Shown here: positions 14,841 to 28,824 of the stretch, piece by piece
Position numbering within the stretch: the stretch's first letter is position 1
Layout: each line of letters opens with the position of its first letter
Assembly (NCBI RefSeq): GCF_009914755.1
Contig: NC_060926.1
Length of the DNA: 64,000 nucleotides
Source: the human T2T-CHM13v2.0 reference genome, Homo sapiens
Direction: 5' to 3' (one strand)
Position numbers and translations under genes: made by a program
The notes under the pieces: generated by a model
The model's input: only the letters and a program-made list of their open reading frames with translations
Databases searched by the model: none
What the model was told of the DNA's origin: nothing

Positions 14841-15084
14841 TACATATTTCTTTCTCCATGAAAACCCTTAAAGATAGGGAAGGCATTTGTTTCATAAATA
14901 GAAGAATTGAAAAGAACTTGTGGAGTTTCTCTAATGACATGGCAAAAAGCTAAGAAAACAGCAGAAGATCAAATTCTTGCCACTTTCAAAATAAAAGAGC
15001 TACCTGGTTCTCACTGGATGAGAGGGACTGAAGACTTGAATTTCTCTCTTTTCCCACTAACCCCTCTCCTGTGTTCCTTACTAA

Positions 15085-15670
15085 CATTTCCAGTTGCCCA
15101 GTGGCATTTTCTCTTGAGTGTGCCACTGCTACATTAAGCTCAGTATGTCCCAGTCAGAACTCATCACCTCTTCCACACATTCTCCTTCTTGCCAAATTTT
15201 CCTTATTTTTAAGGAGAACACTTCATGCCCATGCAGCCACCCAGACTCTAATTGACAGAGCAAAAGCTTTCTCTCACCCCCACATTTAATTTGTACAAAT
15301 TGTGTCACTTCTTACCTTTGCTATGTCTTTTTTGGACTTTATTTCCACCTCACTTATTCAGGCCTTCTGTCCCTTATTAAATTAATTGCAACGACCTCTT
15401 TCCTGGGGTATTTCTGTTCAGTTTCTACCCCTGTCATTTTGTCCTACATAATATACCGCCAGAAGATGCTTTCCAAATTCCATCTTCTGTCCTATCACTC
15501 TCCTGATTAATCATTTCTAACGTCTACCCAATTCTTAAAAAAATAAATTTCAGCTTCCAACAACATACCATTGAGGACTACTTAAAATATACTTTTTTAG
15601 ATTTGTCTCTTCCTACTACTCCCATTCATGGCCCTGAATCTCTGACCAGCCTGGAATGATCTCACCATTT
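15085..15670 (+). mobile_element. L2 LINE fragment
   Basis: AAGCTCAGTATGTCCCAGTCAGAACTCATC and later C/T-rich L2 3'-region motifs; the 3' tip probably resumes at about 16150-16310. Confidence 0.65.
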
Positions 15671-15864
15671 CTCACATACTCTTTCTCTTTACATTCTTCT
15701 CATCATCCCTTTGTTATGCTACTCTTTCTCTGTATTACCATTTTGATTCTGTTCTACCAGGTAAAATCTCATATATGTATTATTCCTAAAGTATTTTATT
15801 TCTCTGCATTTCTCCTTGGAGTAAGAATTATTTACTCTTTCTTGTCTAGACTGAAGAGGCAAGA

Positions 15865-16095
15865 TAATAAAGAGAATAAGAGCATGGACTCTGCAGACAG
15901 ATTGCCAGGGCTCAATCTCTCTTCTCCACCACTTATTAGCCATAAGACCATGTGCAATTTCTTAACATCTGTTTGCCTCAGTTTCTGCATTTTTAAAATA
16001 GGGACAATAATGGTACCTGTCTCATAGGTTGGTATGACGATTATATTAAATATAAAGCACTTGGAACAATGCCTAGCTCATATGAAGTGCTACAA
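15865..16095 (+). mobile_element. MIR, near full length
   Basis: AAGAGCATGGACTCTGCAGACAGATTGCC head and TGCCTCAGTTTCTGCATTTTTAAAATAGGG core. Confidence 0.85.
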
Positions 16096-16473
16096 GAGGT
16101 TGTTACATAAAATAATTAAGAATTGGCTGCAGCAACTGGTTTATACTTACCTTATGACAGGGATCACATTTTACGTCATATTATTTGCATGCATATCTTA
16201 CCTAAGCCTGCTCACTCCCTCAGCCCTAATTTGAGAATGAGATTTTTGCTTTTTTTTTTCATTGTATTTCCCATAGTGGGGTTTGGCACTTGGTTCTTGA
16301 AAAATTCAACTTTCATCTCGGTAGTTGACTAGTCCATTCTCAATAGAATTATTCTAAAATTTGGGCCAGTTTTATCTGATCATTAATTTTTCACATCTCT
16401 CCTAGTAGGCTAATTTCAGTTTTTAGAAAACTAAAAAGTCTCATGGAGGATTTTTTCAGTTTAGTGTTTCTTT

Positions 16474-16774
16474 TTTTTTTTTTTTTTTTTTTTGAGACGG
16501 AGTCTTGCTCTGTCACCCAGGCTGGAGTGCAGTGGTGCGATCTCGCTCACTGCAAGCTCTGCCTCCCAGGTTCATGCCATTTTCCTGCCTCAGCCTCCCG
16601 GAGTAGCTGGGACTACAGGCGCCCACCACCACGCCCGGCTAATTTTTTGTATTTTTAGTACAGACGAGGTTTCACCATGTTAGCCAGGATGGTCTCAATC
16701 TCCTGACCTCATCATCCACCCGCCTCGGCCTCCCAAAGTGCTGGGATTACGGGCATGAGCCACCGCGCCCGGCC
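16474..16774 (-). mobile_element. AluY-type SINE
   Basis: GCAAGCTCTGCC..TTCATGCCATT and TGTTAGCCAGGATGG diagnostics; perfect 18-bp TSD TCAGTTTAGTGTTTCTTT (16456-16473 / 16775-16792). Confidence 0.96.
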
Positions 16775-17204
16775 TCAGTTTAGTGTTTCTTTAAGCACAC
16801 AAAGTCTTACGTTGAGTTTATCAAGAGTTTGTCCCTTTAACACTCAGCAACATGAGTTTCATGATTCTTATATTTTTTGCAAACTGCACCAATAGATAAT
16901 GATATGGTACCTTTGGAAAGAGTGTTACAGATTGCATCTAATTAAACCATATGGATATCTTTGATCTGGGTATATATTACCCTTACTTAGTAGGTGAGGA
17001 AACAGGAGGCAGAGGCACAGGGCAACCAAGTAATGTTGATGGGACTGCTCCAGTGCCTGGGGCCACCAACATGTGGGAACATTTCTCTGTGGCTCTTAAC
17101 TTCCAGCTTCCAGGATAACATCCAAGATGATACTATCAGGACCACACTGTAAGTTTATGACTGAGCCAGAAACTGAACCAGGTCATGAAATCTTACTAAT
17201 AAGA

Positions 17205-17570
17205 ACCAGAGAGTTAGAAGAGATTTGGGGAATCATCTTGTTCAATTTTAAATGCGTGAATCCTCTTTAAACAGATTTATGACCTGAGCTTATTTGGGCC
17301 TTATTTGAATTCCTCCATTAGGAAACTCATTATCTCTTGAGTCAGCTTACCACATTTTCTCATTGCTAGATAGAGCTTCTTAGTCTCAGGCCATAACTTG
17401 TCTTCCTGCAGTTTTCACTCATTTGTGTAAGTTGTTCCCTTAAACTAGATACGATATGTTCCATTGTCTTCCATAAGATGTTTGTTCCTGGTTGAAAAGA
17501 CAGATTCCGTGCCTTCCGCTGAGTCTTCTTCTCTGGGCCAAAATATGCTTAGTTCTCTAAAACATTTCTG
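17205..17570 (-). mobile_element. CR1/L3 LINE 3' fragment
   Basis: TTGAATTCCTCCA..GGAAACTCATTATCTCTTGAGTCAGC..CTTCCTGCAGTTTTCACTCATT resembles the recalled reverse L3 3' end. Confidence 0.6.
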
Positions 17571-17914
17571 ATGTAATTTTTTTTTATATTTTACTTTTTA
17601 AAAACACAAAAATTTTATTTTGAGGGGCATACTCAAGTAAGTATATGCACAATACACTTTTTTTGGTTAATGATTAATGGGCTCTATCTTCTTTCCATCT
17701 CCATCTTGTTAGGAAGAGAAGCAATGATATGCTCATTCCATCCTTTATCCTTTCTTACTCTCCCTCTGCACCTGCTGCAGCCTCCCTTCACAACCAGTCA
17801 ACCTCTCTGCCTTTCTGTCTCTGTCTCTCTCATACACACATCCCTCCATACACCCACAGGAATGTCAGTGCCTTGGTTCCTACTCAGGCTAAGAATTACC
17901 TAAGCAAGTGTAGT

Positions 17915-18155
17915 TCATTCTTGCAGATTAGGGGTTATAAAAATAATTTGTCTTTCAGCCACACACACTAGGATTTGAGTTCTAGCATTGCCACTCACTA
18001 GTTATGTTTCTCTAACAGAATTATTTCAACTTGATGCACCTCCATTTTTTCAACCTACAAAATTGAAGTTATGATTCTTGTCTCACTGGCCAGTATTGAC
18101 TGTTAAGTGAAATAGTAAATGTGAGAGTGTGTGGCTCACAATAAATACTCAAGAA
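17915..18155 (+). mobile_element. MIR
   Basis: GGATTTGAGTTCTAGCATTGCCACTCACTAGTTATGT B-box/core region. Confidence 0.65.
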
Positions 18156-19099
18156 CTACTGGTTTCTGTTCTGTAGGTCTACATTCTCGACAGCCCACCT
18201 ACCAGTTTTATTATGGTTTGCTGCATCAAACACATATGTTTGCTTTCAGAACTTAGTCATCCATATTTTTTTAATATAGCAAATCTTCAATGTTCAAAAT
18301 TAGTATAGCATGTTTGAATTTAAACACTTGTGATTGAAAGAAGTGAAAATCCAAACAATGCTTTGGGCAAGGCAAATGCTATGCGGGAGAAGATCATTAG
18401 AAACAGCTTGTCATGTACATGCACAGTGCCCCTTGGCACTGTTTTAAAAGTGGTTTTACATATGGCAAGGGATCTTGTATATTTATCTAGCCAAGCGTAT
18501 TATTAACGTGTCTTCTTTAGCAGTTTGAATTTGTGCTATACTGTAATTACGCATACATCTCCCCTCTCACAGACTTCTCTTCTGCCTTACTTAGAGGGGA
18601 AATTAAGTAAAAAATATATATAAACATATATATTATATATATAATTGTATATAATTAAATATTTTTTCTACCTTTTCCTGTATTTTTCTCCTGTAAAATA
18701 AGTGATGTCACTGAACTGCAGTGGGTAAGGGTAAAATCTCATCAGAAAGATGTCTTGTCTTTGTCACCAAAAGTTTCTCAACCTCACCCGCATTAACAGC
18801 CACTGCCCCTGGCTGTTCTGTCTCCATCATAGCTCCCATGCACCATGTACTTTCAATTCTGAGGTCAGCTAGGGGCGCTTGGTGTGGCTATACTAACTCC
18901 CAAGTCCAGCTTCTCTGCACTAATATACCTGGATTCCAAAAGTAAATACTGAAAGGGAACACCTTTTTGAGGGCAAAAACCACTTGCACATTATCTTTCC
19001 CCATTCATCTTCTCTAATGAACACAAACACGGTCTTGCTTTTGACAATGACTTACTGATTTTCCCATATCTCCTGAACATGCCCTTCAACTTGTCCTCC

Positions 19100-19610
19100 A
19101 TATTGGAGTAGACTAATTTTGGAAAAATACAAACTTATCAGTATTCATGTCCCTGTTTAAAGGTCTTTAGTAACTTCCCGTTTGTCTTCTGGTACAAAGA
19201 CAAATCTTTCTATGACTGACAAGGTTCTGCATGGTCTGACTCTTGCCTGTTTTCCTAGTCTCACTTCTACCATTCTCCACATTGCCACATTTTACCTCAA
19301 ATACACCATGTTTCTCTTTTCTAAGGCAACATGCATTTTCTTCTAGTTCACATTCTCACCCACTCTCCCTCTTTCTGGTTAATTCTGACTCATCCTACAC
19401 AGGAAGGGAATCCTTACTCAAACTCCTTCAGGTTCTTTTGCCTCAGAATACTCACTTCAGGTTTTAATTATGTTAAACCTATTAATACCTGTCTTCTCTA
19501 CTAGATTGTAAGCCTTTTGAGAATGGGAACTGGGTCTGGTTTTGGTCACCAATGATATCCCCAGTACCTAGCATGGTGCCTTACATGTCCTTAGCTATTG
19601 AATTGTTAAA
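19100..19610 (+). mobile_element. L2 LINE 3' end
   Basis: CTACTAGATTGTAAGCCTTTTGAG..ATCCCCAGTACCTAGCATGGTGCCT terminal motifs. Confidence 0.75.
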
Positions 19611-20231
19611 TAAAAGTAGGTGCTGCTAGGGTAAGGGAGGAATATTAAATGGGGTTTGACCATTAACTGTTCTAAAATTGTAGGTAAATTTGGTAAAGAA
19701 AGCTATTATTTCAAAATTAATTTACTAAAAGTTTTTAAGAACTGTGGGAACTTTTTAACCTAGTACTTAAATGATTTTTCTCATGTTCCCAACCCCCCAC
19801 CCCCGGCACTTAATAAAAGAATAAAGAGGAAGGAACGTGTTCTACAAATACTTTATTTATATTAATTTTCTTTTATTTGATATATGTTATTACCTTAAAA
19901 ATATAGTTCCTTGAGAATGAAGGGTTAAATTAGGTTTTAAAATGCCAAATAAGTAGAAATTTTAATGATAAGGTCAAATATATGTAAACCTGGTCTCTAT
20001 TAGTAGGAATTTCTAACTTTAGTAAGTCCTAACATAAGGACATGAAAATGAGATATTGTATTTTTGCTGCTGTGTTGAAAAGATAAATAAATCAAATTTT
20101 ATGGTTAAAAGGAGTTTCACAGCCAATTTTGCTATTCTCCCCACCACCACTTCATCCCAATGATTTTCCATAAGGGTTAATATGCTAGATATGTTATGAA
20201 CAGCTGACAATTACATATCATGTAACTATTG

Positions 20232-20352
20232 ATTTTTTTAATAATAAATTTTATTTTGTATATATGAGGTTTACAACGTGATGCTATGGGATACATAAAA
20301 ATAAAAGATGGTTACAATAGTGAAACAGATTAACATATCTGTCATCTCACAT
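20232..20352 (-). mobile_element. L1MA-type 3' tip
   Basis: T-rich start then ATGGTTACAATAGTGAAACAGATTAACATATCTGTCATCTCACATA. Confidence 0.7.
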
Positions 20353-23300
20353 AGAAGTTATAGATTTTTAATTTTCATTTGGAGCCCCTCTGGGATGTTA
20401 TTACTGATGGCCTTCAGAGCAAGTGTGTGTCTGGGCTGTTAGCCAAGGATTTAAGTTGGTGACTAGGTTTATTAAGGAGAAAATGGGTCCCTTAGGATTG
20501 TTCAAGGTATATCAACACCAAGCTTAAAACTAGAGTCAGGAAGCTGTTGAAGGCCAAGGTACTTGGCCTGCTGCTTCATTTCCACCAGAGTTCTGAAGGG
20601 TATAGCCAGCCCTGGGTTATGTTGGAGTTGTAAAGTGACACTTAAAAGCTCATGGTCAGGTGAATCTCAGGAAAAACGAGACCTTGCAGTCTGCTATTCG
20701 TTTCCAGAAGATTGAAGAGCACAATTCATCAAAGTACTGACAAAGGCTTGAGTGTTGAAATACCTCTTTGTGAATGAAAGAAGAGAAGTTAAGCACTAAT
20801 TACCAAAGACCATTTGCCCCCTTAAACCTTGAGGGAGGAGGAAAAAAAACAGGATTGTGTAACACAGAGATGAGTGGTTAGAACTACTCAAAAAAAAAAT
20901 TATTGCCGTCACTGAAATTGCTTAGTCATTGTTTTATATCCAAGAACAGTCAACTGTGAGTTGGTACAAAAGCATTATCATATTTAATATAATGCTAGCA
21001 ATGAATTAGAAGGAAGTTGAGAGATCTTCTAGTCAAGTCTGTCTTATAGGAAAGAACATAAGTGGATTAGCAATTTTCAAACAATGTATAGGGATTTCTG
21101 ATTACTGTTATGTATATATTTATTGGTTTTACATTCTTCTGATTCTTTCAACATCAGACCAACATCTTTGATGGCTAGGATTGCAGTCTGAGCTCCAGGA
21201 GCAGGACGCTACTCCTTGGTGACTTCATACCCTTCTTAAAGTATGTCACAAATTGTCCTCCCCACATCAACTATTATTGCACTTCCTGCTTAGTGTTGTG
21301 CTGTATTTTGGTCTGGTCTGTCTCAAGTACTTACTAGCATTCCTGGAACCAAGTTTGTTCATCCATAAATCCCACGTTTTACAGTGATTGTCAGGTTATT
21401 GGTGGCAAATAATTATACTTTGGTGAGAAAATAAGTGGTAAAAAAGTGGTCTGTGCCTTTCTACTCAGTGACTTTTAGAGGATTTTACTGATGAGTAGAA
21501 ATGTTGCTTTCCTTCATTCTTCTTAGTATTTTAATATAGATTAATTAAATAATGAAAATCCATTTGTTAAAGAGTTAAGGTCTTGAGGGTGAAGAGTCTA
21601 CAGCAGGACCTAGGAGGTAGAAGGAGGTATAGTACCCTATATATTTAAAAGTTTGCTTTTGTCACATATGTTTTCATTAAGAGACCTGTACAATTTTATA
21701 TTATGATTTATCACCCCCAAGTGTCTAAATTTTAATTTAAAATTTTATACTTAGGGGTATAGAAACAGATAAAGATAAAACAGAGATGTATAGTTATCTA
21801 CTCTTACAGTTTTGGCCTGCCAGGCAAAAAGTTACAGGAATTATTAATAGAGATCTCTGAAGTGTTTATGAGACTAGTTTGTGATATATTTAATAAATAC
21901 CTTAGATATGAAGTAACTAATGAAAAATTAGAACTTAGGAAATAGAACTAAAATTATTTATCACTGTCTTAATAGCACCTTATTAAACAATGACTAAATA
22001 CATATTTGTATCCTTGTATTTTACAGCATATATTTTAAAAAAATTATCACATATTACTTCTTAAGGTTTCACTAGGAGAAAATGTGATTATTTCTAGCTT
22101 ACTGTATTTATTTGCCTTATGCAATCTTTGTCTATTTCTGTGTGGTTTCACCACTTAAGGATCTACTCCGCAGTGCTCTACTCACATTCCACAAACCTGA
22201 TTCATGTTGTTTTCTAACATTGAACCGATCTGAGGAGGCAAACTTTAGAAGTAGTACTCATTACCTTAGATGCTCTCTATAGTGGTTTACCCAAGGGGAG
22301 CTTGAGATATGGGCATACTGCCAGGTGTTGAACCAAAGCAATTTTGGCTACAACTGATTTGTGGTTTAATCTTTGTAAATGTACTTAACTTTGGTCTAAG
22401 TTTTAGGAAGTCACTGCAATTCAATGGAGCCAAATGTGTAAGTGCCTAAAGACAATGACTTTACTGCATGTGTTTTGTCAGTTGGATTTTTTTTTCTTAG
22501 ATAGTGAAAGTTATGAGTCCTTTGTATAATTTATGTTACAGCATGATAGGAAGGCAGTTATATCGCTGTTAAAATAATTATTTATTGCTTATTCCACCAG
22601 CCCAGGAACAATGCACAGTCTATAAAAGCAGATTCTCAATGCTGGTTTCTGACAAATAGTATTCCATTACATTCTAATATAATAGTATGGACCATTATAT
22701 TCCATAATCTCCTGCTTTGAAGATCAGTATTGTTATAAGAAAGAAAGAGAGGGGAGAAGTATATTATATATGAGTGTGTATGTGTATGTATTACAAAAAT
22801 TAACTGTTCGTATAAGTAACAAAGTATAACTTTATTACACCACAAATACTAGGACAAATGGGTGCTACTTAAAGCTCGAAATGGGTGATTTTCAGGCAAA
22901 TAAAATAAAACCGTATTTTACTACACAGTGAGTAAAATACATGGAGATTGTTACTATATGCATACATATATGCAAACAATTTAAATCTATAAATAGGCAT
23001 GAGGAAAACATATATATTTTTCTCAATTCAACAATATTATTTCTGAATCCAATTTGGTCAGGATTTATCTTCTCCCTCCTGCCAGAGATAATTTCAAATA
23101 TCTTTTTCACTTTTTGCAAGTAATGGGTTTTCACTCTAGTATTATTCTTGATTGGGTGAAAGCATTTTTTTCCTACCTAATAATTTTCTATGTGTATGAA
23201 GAGGAATGAGTTTTAGCTCCATTTCTTGTCTTAATCCTGCAGTCTGGAAAATTGATTTATAGTTAGATATCTTTAAACACAATCTGTTACAGTAAAGTAA

Positions 23301-25871
23301 TTTGCTCCCGTCATGAAGTTTACATAAAAATGGTAACATCCTACTGTGTGTTTATACACGTACACAAATCACAAGTCAGTGAATGTAAAACCATCTTCTG
23401 ATCAGTTCTTAAAAATGCATACTTGTAAGATTTTGTCTTTACTCATGGTAAAAATATATAAACTGTGTATAGAGTTCTCCTCTTGTTTTTATTTATTTAA
23501 GCCACTGTATACAACTCTGAACTGAAAGGCCAAATACTCCCTTTCATCTCTGCTCAGTGCAATTGTCCTGAAACTGCATTACTTTATAACATTAGGGAAA
23601 AACATAGTATTTGAAAAAATAAAAACATTTAGAAATAAATGTTTAGCAGAGATATTACTATTTCATCTAAGGGTACATATGAGAGGAAAAGCCTCATAAA
23701 ATGTAAAATCAGAAATTATATAAAATAGTGAAGTACAGCTTAGGGGTCAAATCAATATTGTTATGTTCAAGTAGGAAACAACCATTTTTTGTTTGAAGAG
23801 CAGGCAATAAAAAAATTCAGCCTATTTGAACTACTGTTCTATTAATGTGTCAATTTTAAATAAGCATCAATCTTTGTATCTATGTATTCTAGTTTTTAAT
23901 GCATATTTAACTTTAACACTATGTAATTATGTCAACTTGTATGGAATATATTTATAGTACTTAAGTACAAGAAATATGAACACGGTGGATCACAGTTTAG
24001 CAGTATTCCAGAACCTTCTATGAAGAGTCTCTAGAAAAACTGTAAATTTCTTTTCTCTAGGAAAAACTGATGAGAGGTCAGTTGGTACATGCTGAATGTT
24101 TATTAGACAAAGCTTTCCATTTCTCTCTTTCAGAGAAGACAATTTTAATATAACTCAAAATGCTTTTTTAAATTTTAGATTGAATGTATTTTACTATTCT
24201 GGGAACTTCTCATCTTAAAAAAAAACAAAACAAGTTTCTTATCATCCAGAATAGAGGAAGGTGCATCTAGAATAAACATTTAGAAAATACTTTAAAAATG
24301 GGTATGAATTTTAAGCCAAAGCCTTCTCGAGACCATGATTGTGGATCCTAGTTTTGGAAATGAGAGTTCTGTCCATCTCAAAGTGATAGCAGTCACTTGG
24401 AAAGAAGATCTATTGACCTCTGACATAAGATTGTTTCCTATACTTTGGAATTAAACATCTCAGTAAACCGACGCTGAAGAAAGAGATCCATTTACAGAAA
24501 GTGGTAAATTAGTCAAACCTGTAGTAGTCCTCCCCACGATTTGTTTTTCTTAGTTTTTTTTTTTTTTTTCATCATTCTGCTATACGTATAATTCAGGCTG
24601 TAATTTAGGAAATACAATGCTACTTGCCACTAGCCATCCTGAAAGTGAAATATAGTATCCTGGTCAGAGCCCTATTTCCCTAATGGTGATTAAAACTGGG
24701 CAGAAAGCCCAATGTAATAAAACAGTCTCCAAGCTTTTTCACCAACCTTGGTCTGGGAAAAGCAACATTAGAGGTTTTATGTCTTGAAAAATATACGACG
24801 TCCATATGATTAAGTGCTCTTCATTTTCTTCTCAACCACAGGGTGCACATTCAGGCCTTAATTGTGCCAGCTGTTCTCTTAACCCATCACCTAAATATTG
24901 CTTTTGAATATAATCCGTCTTGACACAAAGCCTTTTAAGTTTTCTTTATTACAATTGATCTTTCTTATACTAAATTAAACTTCATTTTCTCATTTGAGAA
25001 AAGTGAGCTCTTTGGAAAAAAAATAAAAACAGATTTTTTTATTCTGCACATGTAAAGGCAATTCCTTTTTCCTGTCCTAATTGAATTCAGTTAAGCATTC
25101 AAAACCTTCATCACAAAGATTGGCTGAGCTATTTTTCTTTTTAAACAAGGCCAAGTTTTGTTGGCACCCATGACGAAGACCATACTGTGAGAGGGCAGGC
25201 TGCCAGCAGGTTTAACATTCAAGTCCAGAGTTTGATGACGTCTTCCCCAAGCTTCATCAAGAGTCTTGCAACAGAGCCACCTTGCAGGCCATTGGTGTGC
25301 GTACTGCACAAGTGTTAGTTTCTGTGCTTTTCAGAAGATTTGGAAACAATGAAAGTGATCCATTCACTTTTTCATATACAAAAAATTAACGATGGAATTG
25401 GGGAAGCTGAGTGAAGGGTATGCCATAGCCTGGGCCACTTTGTAACTGCTTGTCAATCTTAAACTATTTCAAAAGAAAATGTTATATTGAAAAAAAAGCC
25501 ACAAAAATGAAATATGAAGAAGTCAAACTGTAGTACATAAATATGGCTCTATTAAAAAAAATTAAAAATAATGACAATAAAGAATACATCATGATTTTTT
25601 TTTCTTTCCATTGCTTTAGCCACATGTGTGAAAGGTTCATGCTATTCCTAAAACCCTTTACAATTGTCTTTAGTGGAGGGCACAATAAAGAACATTAGGC
25701 TATTCTTTAACCAAAGGGAAATAATTTTAAATGGATATTTAAGTCTGTCTTAATCTCTACCTATGCTTTCTTCTCTTCCCCCTACCTCTCTCTCCCCTTC
25801 TCTGCATCCCTTCTAACATTTTTCCTTCTTTGTCTCTCCACTCTGACAGTTCTGATGTTGAAAATACTAAA

Positions 25872-26207
<336 letters not shown>

Positions 26208-26361
26208 CTATTGTATTAAGAAAGTGCTACTTGGGCTAAAGTTTTGTAGCACCTGATTAGGATCAGTTAGGTGTGGGGAAAATAGAATGAAAAACAAACA
26301 AACAAAAAATTCTGGTAAACACGTCATTATTGCTAGTTACCTGTAAGAGAATGACATCAAT

Positions 26362-26590
26362 TTTAGTGGTTAGGAACCCAGCCTCTGAAATCAAGCAGTC
26401 CAGTTTAAAATCCCTATCATGCTATCTCCTGTGACCCTTAGCAAGTGACTCTCTGTGCCTGATGTCCTTATCTTTAAAATGGAGATAACCATAATATTAT
26501 CTACCTCATACATTTATTTTAAAAACTATGTGAGTTAACGCATCCAAAGAATTCCCAGCATAGAGCAGCACTCAGTGATTATTAGCTTAA
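26362..26590 (+). mobile_element. MIR
   Basis: TAGTGGTTAGGAACCCAGCCTCTG head and TTATCTTTAAAATGGAGATAA core. Confidence 0.8.
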
Positions 26591-28824
26591 TTATCTAATT
26601 GAAGACAAATGTTTACTACTGCCAAGTTGAAAATGTATCTGGATATTTGAAATACAATTTACAAAACCTCACTATAGAAGAACGTGAAACAGGAGCAGTA
26701 AGAGATAACATAGTTGTGTCATGGACACCCAGCACATCACAGCTGCTGCGACTCTCCTGTTGCAGAGTCCACTTTCTAAATATATGTAGGGCAGGCATAC
26801 ATAAATAATTTAGGTTTTTGATGTTTATCATACATTATTAAAATACCAACTTCTAGTGACTGCTATCTTCAACTCACTATAAGGTTCCGCATTTTTATTT
26901 TGTTGATATGTCTCCCATTTCCACTCTAGATTTAATTATCTAAATAGAAATGTTTTAATTGATGTCTTGTGATATTTGTTTTAAATTTGAAGGAAATTGC
27001 CCGTATTTTCATCAGACATTCTCCCTCTAATGAAATAGGATGGAATTAAATAGGCTGTATAGATTCTTCCAGGGTTTGAAACAACTTTTTTAAAAGGTGT
27101 CTAACATTTACCCAGTCACACAGTTTTATTGGCCTGCCTTCATTTAAGTAGTTTTATTTGTTGAGAATCAATTAAGAAACTGTTTTAAACAATGAATAAA
27201 GTAAATATTCATTTCTAATGTGTTAGCCTATGTGTATTCATTTTCAAATTACAAAAGCAAGTGATTTTTTTTCTTCCAGAGTTGGACTTCAGTAAACATG
27301 GAGTATTTTCTACCATGGAAAATACATTGGTTTCTCTTTTAAGATTGATCAATTTTTTCCTTATATGGTTGTGCAAAAAACATATATCTCTCCTTTTCAT
27401 AAGGTTCTGTATTTAATTAAAATTAACAAAAGAAGGGATTTTGTGGGGTTTTGTTGAAATTGGCATAGGAACCTGCTGAAATATTAATACTCTGCATCAC
27501 TTATATAAAATTTCATTACCAGAACTTCACTGACATTTACATTAGTCTATTAATGCAATTATATTTTGTCATATTACTATTTGCTTAATAGATAGGAACT
27601 ATGATAATAAAGATACATTTTTGATCAATTGTCTAGGGCTAGGCAGTAAGTAAAGAATGAGCTGGAAATCGGAAATTCACAATAACATGGTAGTTAGATT
27701 TGCTTCATTAATTTCTAAATCTTATAGTAACAATGTTGATTTCAGCATTCTCAGAACCAAAGGCGAGATATATGAATAAGCCAACAAATTATAGAAAAAT
27801 TCAGAGATTCTGTAATTAAATGCAGTGTACCTGACCCCTGGCTTGAGATAGAAAATAGCACAATTTTGAACTACATAAAACAATATTTTTAGTCCTGTGT
27901 TTATTACCAAAAATAAAAGTGTCAAATAAAAATTTAAAGTTTTTAAATTACATTTTAAAAGACTTGGTAAATTATAACTTTCTTCAGCCTTAGCAGTTAT
28001 AATAGCCGAACATTTCAACTGTTTTCAAATTATGCATCAAAATAAAATTGAGTTGCTAGTAGAAAGCTCAAATGGTTTTGCACAACTGAGCCTATAAATG
28101 TGTTTTATTGCTGCTGTTTCCCATGTTTTACTTAAATAAGTCACATCAATTTGTTTAATTAAAATGTGACAGTTTGAGCTGCATTTGACATTTTTCACAA
28201 TTTTCCTCATCATTCCTTACCTAATAATGTACATACTCAAATAGCTGATAGGCTTCTAGCTAAATATGCACATTGACTAAGAGTAGTTAATATGAAATCA
28301 GTAGACTGTCACTGTGTCAAAGAGGGAGAGCTTGATAATGTTCTGCCAAGGATGAGGGTCTTTCTTAGGAGAGTGACAAATAGAACTTTAGAATATAATA
28401 ATGTAGTCTACTAGACTAGTAGACTCCACTTAGTACTATACCCTTTAGCTTTATTAACTGGGACTTTTTATTCCATTCGGAGGGAAACTATTAGGTTCTA
28501 GTTTACACAAGGAACAATAAGGCCATTGTACACTTTTTGTTCTTACACATTTAATTTTGAATAGTGTTGAATTTCTGGCTGAGTCTGTGGATACGTGGAA
28601 AAAATATTTAAAGATGATTACAAGCTAGCATTACTTTATTTGTTGTTGGAATCACATTGTTTTCCTTAGTAACTTGCAATTAAGATGATCTAAAGTTTGT
28701 TTGTTTGTTTGTTTGTTTTCTTTACTACATACTGTATGTTCTAGTCCATGAGCAGGATTTGCCAAACATGATGCTGCTTTATGTATCAGTCATTTTGTGT
28801 TGTTTGAGGTTAATAATAAGATTT

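Noticed and set aside
15656-16027. 123-aa hydrophobic ORF
   Set aside because: It spans T-rich L2/MIR-derived DNA, shows no recognisable domain and has no splice context.
24815-24940. Acceptor-like TTTTCTTCTCAACCACAG
   Set aside because: No matching donor nearby; such motifs are common in introns.
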